A DNA stretch of 64,000 nucleotides, taken from Macrostomum lignano (taxonomy: Eukaryota). Location: the NCBI GenBank assembly GCA_002269645.1, contig NIVC01001873.1, forward strand, positions 1 through 64,000, given 5' to 3'. The position numbers and the translations under genes were made by a program. Shown here one piece after another: positions 1 through 9,739 of the stretch. Numbering within the stretch: the first letter of the stretch is position 1; the number at the start of each line of letters is the position of its first letter. The notes under the pieces are model-generated. The model was not told the DNA's origin and did no database searches. It saw nothing but the letters and a program-made list of their open reading frames with translations.

Positions 1-189
1 GACTATGTGGCTGAGTAGTTATACGAGCACATGAGCTGCATTGATGAATATGGGCATGGGTGTGGGGGCGAAGCCCCCAAATTTCAACCATAGACAAAAT
101 TTAGTGAGAAACTATACAGAAGCGAAGAGAAGCTAAAAACGAGAGAAAGAAGCGAGACTGCTGCCGTCATATGCAAGACCTGACCAAGA

Positions 190-1338
190 CCTGAATGAAA
201 TTGCCAAGATGGAGGACATGGGCAAAGTTTGTCTACTGAGAAGCAACAGCTACGTTCGCTGCTTGCTTCCGAAAGTTTCTTGAAGATCGAGGACTGCCAT
301 CACAACTTGAGACGATACCGACTCGATATTTATGTCAGTATCTGCGCCTGTACTTTTTTGTGGTTAAAAAGGATGATGGAACCGCGTACAGTTGCAGTTC
401 TCTGGTATGTATGCGCGCAGGAATCCACCGGTACTTGAAGAATTTACGAGGATTGGATATCATCGGCAATGTTGAATTTAGCGCTTTTGAGAAGACTTTC
501 AGGGCTGCTCTTACGTACTCGCTGAAGAAACCAGCTTCAGTGATGGATGGTGACGGTGGGTATCGCGCATTAGAGCCTGAAGATTTGGCGTTGTTGCGTG
601 CGTATTTTGACCGTAGCTCGCCACAGAAACTGCAACAGGAAGTCTTCTTTCTCCTGAGCTCGCACTTTGCCTTTCGTGGACGTGAATGGATTCGAGGCTT
701 GAGAAAAAGATGTAATTCTGCGGGAATCTACTGCGGGTATGATATGCGTTGACTTATCGAAGGAAAAGAAAGAAAAGTGTGTGTCCGCCGATGCCCCTCG
801 GTCCAATCGGGAGATTGGGATTTTTCCTGTGCAAGACAAGTCTGTGTGTCCAGTTGAAGCGATCAAACTGTATCTTTCGAAGCTTCCATCTGAGAATAGC
901 TGTCTGTTTCCCAGGCCTGCCATCAAGTGGCAGAATGGAGCATGGTATTGCCCAAAGGACGAATTGGGCAAGAACTCATTGGCCAACATGATGAAGACGA
1001 TCTCGAAAGCGGCCAGGCTCTCGCGGAAATACACTAACCATTCTATCCGCGCAACAACCATAACAAGCCTGTCGTCTGCTGGATTCAGTGCCGAAGCGAT
1101 TCAAACCGTCTCCGGACACAAAAAGGTGGATAGTGTTGTCCGTTATACAAAGCGGACAACGGTGGCCCAGAAGCGAGCATTGTCTTCTGCAATCACAGAT
1201 AGTCTACATGCCTCTACGTCGAGCGTGGTCAGTAATCAAGCACAAGAGTCAGTTGCACTGTGCGAACAGTCATCTAGCGTTCCAACTGCCGTCACAACTA
1301 TTGGCCAGCCTAATAAATCCGGCCCGACGATCGTCTAA
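190..1338 (+). pseudogene. Crypton/DUF3504-type tyrosine recombinase, frameshifted
   Basis: Stitched frames give FRKFLEDR...YLRLYFFVVKKDDGTAYSCSSL...FFLLSSHFAFRGREW...YTNHSIRATTIT...VSGHKKVDSVVRY, i.e. the R, HxxR, H, Y catalytic set. Frameshifts near 240 and at the A5 run near 705. Confidence 0.85.
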
Positions 1339-1578
1339 AAAACGGGGCTAAATGTTACGTTTATATATGAGTGCGAAAAGAACGCTTTGCAAAAGTTGAA
1401 TTTGGCTCTAGACTCTGACTGCTTTGTTTGATTTGTTTGTTTGTCTTTTGATTATTTGGCTGAAATACATGAAATGGAAATAATCCATTATCGGCCCGAA
1501 TTTTTGTGGCCAAAATGAAATCGTCTATGGCAATAATCAAATATAAGCCCGCCCGATATAGCCACGTAGTCATGGTAC

Positions 1579-2514
1579 AATATTTTGTCTATGGTAAAAA
1601 TTATCGCAACTTTGATTTCACTCGATAGTGTATGTGTATGTATATGTATGTGTATGTGTATTTCACTCTGTGTATGTGGTTTTAGCGTCACTTCTGTATA
1701 ATGTCCTTAGGTTCTGGATAATGTCCACGACTTGTGGATAATGTCCACAATTAATTTAGCAAAACAGCATACCACACAGTAACAAACAATACAATACAAT
1801 GCACAGTACAAAGAGGTGACAAGAAGCACTAGGAAATACAGTCAAATTTCAATAAGGCTAAAGTCTCGAAATATTTTGGCTTGTAGTTGTAGTTTCAGTT
1901 CCACATGAATTCTCAGACCGCGCATTGGTTCAACGTGTATTTTTGCATGACGAAGATGTTCTTGCCATTTGGGTGAGCGTTTGCGAAGTTGACCACCTCC
2001 TGGACCGTTGAGCTCTGAATGTTGACTGGGCAGACGCTTGTGTTGACTGCTGGCTATCTGTTGTACTGGCTGATGGGCACGCGCTCGTAATAGCATGTCC
2101 ATCTGAATCCGGTGTAATGTTTTTCTCTATGTTCAGTACCTTGCTAACGGTGTCGCTGCACTTCTTTAGCACCTTGTCACGTCTGATTGAGAGATATCGG
2201 CGAACGGTCTTTTCGCACTTCTGGCCGGTTATCGCCATGATGTCGGGCCATGGAATGTCCAGCAGCTGCTTCTAAGTCGCACACCCTGCTGACTCTAACC
2301 AGAAGAAAGACATCGAATCGGCAAGTTAGCCCAGTTAATCAGATGCACTTGGTCTGCCATGATGTTTTTCTAGCTAGTAGGGTTATTTGAGAGATTTCAT
2401 TTTCTCCATCCTCTCTCCCCCTCAATGCCTTTTTTCGAAAACATAGTCTATGGCCAAAAATATGATAAGCAGCCTATGGCCGTACAAGTTCAACCAAATA
2501 TTCTGTCTATGGTA
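1579..2514 (-). mobile_element. Internally deleted non-autonomous Crypton (copy 2) retaining only the YR C-terminus
   Basis: 18-bp direct repeats AATATT(T/C)TGTCTATGGTA at 1579-1596 and 2497-2514. Minus-strand frame QLLDIPWPDIMAITGQKCEKTVRRYLSIRRDKVLKKCSDTVSKVL (~2270-2140) aligns with YR box II (IQTVSGHKKVDSVVRY) of copy 1. Confidence 0.6.
1628..1660. repeat. (TG)/(TGTA) microsatellite
   Basis: gtgtatgtgtatgtatatgtatgtgtatgtgta. Confidence 0.8.
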
Positions 2515-2889
2515 CTTCCGAGCTACGCGCACTCGTGATCTAGGCGTTGCTGAATTTAGCCAACTCGTGCCCCACCCTCATTATCCCGAGTTCTGACCTT
2601 CGTCTTAACACACCCATTACATTTAATAAAATGAGCTGTTAAATTCACACTTTAAACTCAGAACCATTAGACAAAATTGGTATATTTTGTTACGCAGAAA
2701 GCGATTAAAGTGAATAAGAATTTTGTGGGGCACATAGCGAACAAGTCAAAACTGCAACTTTCACTAAACTGTCAGACGACGCGTGATTATTCAGATATGT
2801 TCTCACGGGCCAAGGGCAGAAAGCGCAGTGTGTTAGCAAACTAGACTGTACTCTTGGCAACTGTGGTTGACATCCACGCCTGACTCCGA

Positions 2890-3458
2890 GACTGGAATCA
2901 GACCCCTGTACACTTGGACTGGAATCAGACCCCTGTACACTTGGACTGGAATCAGACCCCTGTACACTTGGACTGGAATCAGACCCCTGTACACTTGAAC
3001 TGGAAACAGACCCCTGCACACTTGGACTGGAATCAGACCCCTGTACACTTGGACTGGAAACAGACCCCTGTACACTTGGACTGGAAACAGACCCCTGTAC
3101 ACTTGGACTGGAATCAGACCCCTGTACACTTGGACTGGAATCAGACCCCTGTACACTTGGACTGGAATCAGACCCCTGTACACTTGAACTGGAAACAGAC
3201 CCCTGTACACTTGAACTGGAAACAGACCCCTGCACACTTGGACTGGAAACAGACCCCTGCACACTTGGACTGGAATCAGACCCCTGTACACTTGGACTGG
3301 AAACAGACCTTTGTACACTTGGACTGGAATCAGACCCCTGTACACTTGGACTGGAATCAGACCCCTGTACACTTGGACTGGAAGCAGACCCCTGTACACT
3401 TGGACTGGAAGCAGACCCCTGCACACTTGGACTGGAAACAGACCCCTGTACACACTTG
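2890..3458. repeat. 27-bp minisatellite, about 21 copies
   Basis: Unit GACTGGAA(T/A)CAGACCCCTG(T/C)ACACTTG. It explains the four overlapping repetitive ORFs in the track. Confidence 0.97.
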
Positions 3459-3717
3459 GATTCGACTTTATAATTAGGCAGCTATGCAAACCGAGGTATC
3501 TTGTTGTTTTTTAAGGCTTACACATCATGAGCTTAATAAACGAGGTTATGTAACAATATACATAAAATTTAAGGTTTGCAAGTCTCGCAGACACAAATGG
3601 CTATTCTAAAACATACGGTTTTGGACATTGAACCAAGACTCAAATTCGTAATAGTTTTTCGATGTGGATGCCATACATGTATAACAGAAAAAACGACAGC
3701 AAAACCTGGCTGCAATA

Positions 3718-4978
3718 TTAGTTAGTACTCTCATTTGTAATATAAGTTAGTACACTCAATTGTAATATAAGTTAGTACACTCATTTGTAATAAGTTAGTA
3801 CACTCAATTGTAATATAAGTTAGTACACTCATTTGTAATATAAGTTAGTACACTCAATTGTAATATAAGTTAGTACACTCATTTGTAATATAAGTTAGTA
3901 AACTCAATTGTAATATAAGTTAGTACACTCATTTGTAATATAAGTTAGTACACTCATTTGTAATATAAGTTAGTACAATAAATTGTAATATAAGTTAGTA
4001 CACTCATTTGTAATATAAGTTAGTACAATCAATTGTAATATAAGTTAGTACACTCAATTGTAATATATAAGTTAGTACACTCATTTGTAATATAAGTTAG
4101 TACACTCATTGTAATATAAGTTAGTACACTCAATTGTAATATAAGTTAGTACACTCATTTGTAATATGCTCAATTGTAATATAAGTTAGTACACTCATTT
4201 GTAATATAAGTTAGTACAATCATTTGTAATATAAGTTAGTACAATCAATTGTAATATAAGTTAGTACACTCATTTGTAATATAAGTTAGTACACTCAATT
4301 GTAATATAAGTTAGTACACTCAATTGTAATATATAGTTAGTACACTCATTTGTAATATAAGTTAGTACAATCAATTGTAATATAAGTTAGTACACTCATT
4401 TGTAATATAAGTTAGTACAATCAATTGTAATATAAGTTAGTACAATCAATTGTAATATAAGTTAGTACACTTTGTAATATAAGTTAGTACACTCAATCAA
4501 TATAAGTTAGTACACTCATTAATATAAGTTAGTACAATCAATTTAATATAAGTTAGTACAATCAATTGTAATATTAGTTAGTACACTCATTTGTAATATA
4601 AGTTAGTACACTCATTGTAATATAAGTTAGTACACTCAATTGTAATATAAGTTAGTACACTCAATTGCAATATAAGTTAGTACACTCAAATATAAGTTAG
4701 TACAATCATTGTAATATAAGTTAGTACAAATCAATATAAGTTAGTACACTCATTTGTAATATAAGTTAGTACACTCATTTGTAATATAAGTTAGTACACT
4801 CATTGTAATATAAGTTAGTACAATCAATTGTAATATTAGTTAGTACACTCATTTGTAATATAAGTTAGTACACTCAATTGTAATATAAGTTAGTACAATC
4901 AATTGTAATATTAGTTAGTACACTCAAATATAAGTTAGTACACTCAATTATATTATACGAGTACTGTAAGTTAGTACA
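3718..4978. repeat. 25-bp AT-rich minisatellite, about 50 copies
   Basis: Unit TAAGTTAGTACACTCA(A/T)TTGTAATA with indel variants. Confidence 0.97.
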
Positions 4979-5149
4979 ATTGCATGTGCAATTATTATGA
5001 AGGATATTGATCGAACAGCTGACGTCAAGGACTACGCTAGTATAAAGACGGGAAACTACATTTCTTGGAGGCGGGTTTTACCATTATCAATTATCTATTT
5101 TATTTATTAGTCTTTTTATCGTTTTCAGCTCACTGCATGTGTAACAAAA

Positions 5150-5332
5150 TTTATGACAGGATTAATAGAGCTATAAGAAAGGCTAAACAAATCAAAAGAT
5201 GAACATTGGGTTTGCCTCCTATTAAAAGCAATAACAGTTTTTTGTGCTGAGAAAAAACGAAAATTAAAATCCCCGTACTGTATTGTTTTGTAAAACCGGC
5301 CTCCTAAAATTTCCTAAGAAACGTACATGTAA
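5150..5332 (+). repeat. Dispersed repeat, copy A
   Basis: Clearly homologous to 22728-22882 (shared ATCAAAAGATGAACATTGGG..TGCCT...TATTAAAAGCAA). Confidence 0.7.
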
Positions 5333-5705
5333 TTTCCGGTCCTTCTACGAGTATTTGAGTAGTATATGTAACTGGTGGAAGTAAAATAGCTTATTTTTCA
5401 GTCTGTATTCTCTAATGGAAACTCCTATAACGAGAACTAAGAACCGACATACATGTACAGTACAGTAAATATTTTGCCAGTTGAATTGAGAGTTGGATTT
5501 TAAAAAGTATCGATTTGGAACAAATGGTACCACATTTTTAATACAGTTATTCTTTGAAATCAAGCATGGACTGCATAAGCGATAAGTTTTGACTGCATGG
5601 AGCGAGCAGGTCTTCATAATAAGGGTCCCGGTACACGTTCATCAAAGGCATCGTAATCCTTGTCAATTGATGAGGTGAGTCGGAAAACTTGCTTCAGCAT
5701 TCCAG

Positions 5706-6877
5706 CTAGACAGAGCTACTGTCAGCCCGACTGCCAGGGGTTTCGCTGTGAGCAGCCGGCGCAGCGGACACCATCCGCAGGCTGGAATCGTCGACAGTTT
5801 CCTTCATCGGCTCCCGGGCCGCCCTACTGATCGACCATCTGGCGCCGGCGCCGTCTGTTTTAGTCCGCTCGCTCGCTCTAGGAATTTTTCGGGCGAGCCA
5901 GCGAAACATCAGCTTCAGATCCTGCTTGAACACCGGCGAGGTGAAGCTGAAGATGAAGAAGTGCGTGAGGTGGTTCAGCTCCTCCAGCATCTTCCAGGTG
6001 AACTCGAGGTGAACGCAGGTCACGGGGTGCTTCTCAAAATTGCACCAATCGCTGGCGCGGATGTGCCAGACAACTATTGGAGCAGTGAAAAGAAGGTGGC
6101 ACAGCGCCATGCAGAACACGGTAAAAAATATTTTGTATGAATTTCGTCTCTGGTTGTTTCCTGGAGCTGTTGAGCCACTCGCGCCGTTGCGGGACAGTCG
6201 GCGGCGTCTCCTGCCGAGCTGGATGACAATCACGGCGTTCAGACCCACAATAAGAACGAAAGGCAAGTACGAGTACGCTATGGAGTCCAGCGTGTGGAAG
6301 TAGGACGCCAGGTGCTGGAACTGTGGCCTAGCATCGCACTGCTCACCCGAGACATGGATTATAACCGGCAGATAGATAGTAGCACATGCACACACGATGG
6401 CAACAGTTGCCAGGGATACCAGGCCGTTTCTGATCCGACAGATTAATTTCATGTCGAATGGCCGAATGACGCAAATAAGACGCTCGAAGCACATGAGACA
6501 AATAATCCATACAGAAAATGTACTAAGCCAGGTGTGCAAGAACAGGGGAAGTTTGCAGCCGAGCACCTGGTAAAGATCAATGCAGGAGACAGTCATGAGC
6601 AGGTGGCGCAAACAGCTCTGGCTCAGCACGACGGTGTCCACTCCGCAGAGTCCAGTCAGGTAGAGCGACGTTGAGCCTGCGAGTCGCGGATTCGGCGAGA
6701 CCAAATTACCATGGAGACAACATCCGCGGGCACGCCAACAAAGATGAAGACGATTGGGTAGACCAGAAGCAAGTAGCGAACGAGAAGGTCGGAGTCCTCG
6801 CCGTCGAACACTCCGTGCGTGCCGTTTATTGAACAGGCCGGCAGCAGCCAGGTTGGGCGTTCTGGCTGCGGCTGCAT
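5706..6877 (-). CDS. Intronless class A (rhodopsin-like) peptide GPCR, split by a 1-nt frameshift near 6695
   Basis: ATG at 6877; N-glycosylation NGT; TM1 LLVYPIVFIFVGVPADVVSMVIW; TM2 TSLYLTGLCGVD; TM3 ending CFERLICV; TM5 YSYLPFVLIVGLN; TM7 EELNHLTHFFIFSF. Adding one A in CGAATCC joins ORFs 6656-6877 and 5706-6704 as WSRRNPRLAGSTSLYL. Confidence 0.88.
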
Positions 6878-8162
6878 ATGGTTCTAGAATCTAGATGGCG
6901 CTTCAGAGGACCCAGTAGCTGACGCTCGCAACCGCTGCTGTCAACAAGCTGCTCTGCTCGTCCGACCTAAATATAGATGCTGCAGTCCCCTCCGCTAGCG
7001 CCGAGCGTCAGAGAGGCCATTGGCTGTTAGCGACTTCTGCCAGGCTGATGATGCAGATGGGAATGGGGGGTTTGGGAAGGCAGTGCACAGAGTGCCGGCC
7101 CGATGCAAATGAAGCAGAGCTATCTAGAAAATTCAGGCGCAGAGTGGGCTAGAGCCTAGAGGGTGCTTTACATGTACAACAAATATCATTGTAGCAATCG
7201 GGAAGGGAACGAATTGTGGGACGATGGAGCCAGTAAGTACCATAGGAAAAAATGCGAGCGAACTTTAATAACATATAAAATGCGCTTTTTGTACCCAAAG
7301 AGTATCGCTTTTGACGATCTAAATGGGAATTTGGACAATCAAAACGGGACTCGGGCTGCTTGGGTACACAACCATAGAATGTGGAGTAGACAATCAAAAT
7401 GGTAAAAAGCCATTCAAAACGGGAATTCGCCCAATTTAATGAATTTTTTATTTTGTCAGGGCCCACACTGGAATATTTAAAAGTGAACAGTGTCCGTTAC
7501 GGAAAGCAAAACAAAAGTAACTCAGAATTCCTTGAGCGTCAGGAAATGATTTTCAGAGTTTCTCAACCAAGAGAGTTTCTCAATCGGGCTTGCACAGATC
7601 CATCTTTCGACAACCGCGAGGAAGGGATTCCACTCTTGTTGTTCTCTAGCAGTGAAAGTCCAGCTGTTTACGAACGTGGCACAGCTAGAGAATCACCACT
7701 GTAGGAGCCATATAGAGTACGTCTAGACGCATAAACGCCCTGCCCCAGCAAGTTGCTGGCAATTGCATTTGTACATGCATCATTAAACGATCGACCATGT
7801 GCCCTAAGAGATAGTGTGGCAAGTTCAAGCTTTCTCAATAATTTAGCTTTAGACTATAATGGACGCTCAATTCTGCAAAGAATGATTTATGAAAGGTACA
7901 GTGTAAAGTTATAGACATTGAAGTGTCCCCTGTTTGGGTCACCTGTTGTTAAACTCAACGAATGGCTCTTATCATCGACATCGTACGCTTCTCTACCAAG
8001 CTAAATGCTACGAGTACAAGCCCATGTTATTGCGTTCATATTAAAATTCCAGAAACTGTTTAGTCCAAGCGCAATGATAATTCTTTATTCATACCGAATT
8101 TGAATTCTTGCTTAAGCTACACTACATGTACGGGTATGCTTTTTGCAGAGCAGAGAAATTTC

Positions 8163-8317
8163 TGATGCTATTGGGGCGGTGAAATGTTTGATGCTGTTGT
8201 GGGCGGTGAAATGTTTGATGCTGTTGTGGGCGGTGAAATGTTTGATGCTGTTGTGGCGGTGAAACGTTTGATGCTGTTGTGGGCGGTAAAATGTTTGATG
8301 TTATTGTGGGCGGTGAT
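8163..8317. repeat. 27-bp minisatellite, about 6 copies
   Basis: Unit TGATGCTGTTGTGGGCGGTGAAATGTT. Confidence 0.92.
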
Positions 8318-9739
8318 AGCGATAAAGGATCGTGAGCAAATTTGGTAACTTTTGTAGCAGTAACTTTCGGATTTCCGGCACGCATTTATATGAAAAAATG
8401 TTTGATATTTTCCGGCTTCTCAGTGTTATTTTTTTATCAGAGGCTGTTTCCTTAGGCGCACCGAAGACATTGTCACACAAGCGGCGAGAGGCATTACTGC
8501 CGAACATTCCGCACTCCCCTGAGCAGGCATACAAGCGCGCGGATACGTACGCAGCCTTACGCACTGGAGTGCACAGAGGCTCTAACTTTATTTATCGCTA
8601 GGCATGTACACTCCACTGTGCCTCGAGGCTTGGCTCTATCAGTGCTATCAGCGCAGAAAATATTTCTGCATCGTGGTAGCCGCCTAGTCAGTCAGGGTTT
8701 TACTCCAGCACTTGTACGACGTAAAGATAAGATTGAGTTCGTCACTTCTTGCTTCATAATTTATTCGCACCAAATCACAGCAGCCCGTGGTCTGTTCAAT
8801 AACTACGATTGCAGCATCGGTGGCCACAACCGGCGTTGCTGCTGGCTGCTTCCAGAAAAAATTGCACAGTCCATGTAATCAGACACCCATTGTAGTGGGG
8901 CTCACGTGAAAGCCAGAAAGATAGTTCACAGTGCTGCCCTAGTGTTAGCAGAATTCTGAGATGGCCGACTCAGATTTCAAAGAAATAGCAGTAGCAATTA
9001 AAAGCTATAACGCTTACTGATGATGATTAGGGGAGGAAAACGTTTAGCAAACAGACATTGACGAATTATTTATTTTTGAACAAGTACTATATGTACTACT
9101 ATTATGAGGTGGTCAGTAACTAACTACTGAAATATTCTGAGTTATGCTTGCCCTAGCTTTGATTCGCCCTCAGAGTGCAACTAATGACCAAGAACCGCTG
9201 ACAACTAATGCCATCATATTATTGACACTAGAATTGCTGTCACAAGCCGGAGCAACGAACAATAATGCAAAATAGATATTTCATAGACAGGAAAGGCAGG
9301 GATTGAAGCCGCTAGCAGATGATTCTTTATTGAAAATCACAAAGGTGAAAACTGGATACCTAATGATTTAGGACTGCTTAAAATTTAAAATTAACACGAC
9401 AGGGCGATACACCGAAAAACTGCTTCGCTTAAGGAACTCAATTTTGCTGATAGAAACTACTCGTAGGAATGAAGCAAAGCAGTTGTGTTATCTACAATAA
9501 AGCTTTTGAAATACATTAAAAACTCAGAAGCAAGAAACTTTAACATTGAACAGTTAGTTTAATTCCTGTGTGCTGCTACTAATGCCTTTGAGCCCAGATG
9601 AGGCGACATAAACCCGCAAGCAGTGTTAACCAGTCCGTATATGCGAGTTAGCGAACAACTCTGACAGAAAGGAAACCAGCAACCCTTTCCCACCAAAAAC
9701 AGGGCAAGTTCATAAGAATAAAGACCGACACACTTTGCT

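Larger units (their letters stand above)
86..2678 (+). mobile_element. Crypton-like tyrosine-recombinase DNA transposon (copy 1), containing a nested antisense Crypton derivative
   Basis: YR coding region at ~190-1338. Near-identical direct terminal sites AACCATAGACAAAATT (86-101) and AACCATTAGACAAAATT (2662-2678). Confidence 0.65.

Noticed and set aside
229-1338. Bacterial or phage integrase, horizontal transfer or contamination
   Set aside because: Motif pattern (KKDDG.Y..SSL, FRGRE, CPV, YTNHS.R) is the eukaryotic Crypton/DUF3504 type, and copy 3 has a spliceosomal intron.
2705-3514. Four long overlapping ORFs with nonapeptide repeats
   Set aside because: By-products of a stop-free 27-bp minisatellite; no splice or codon evidence.
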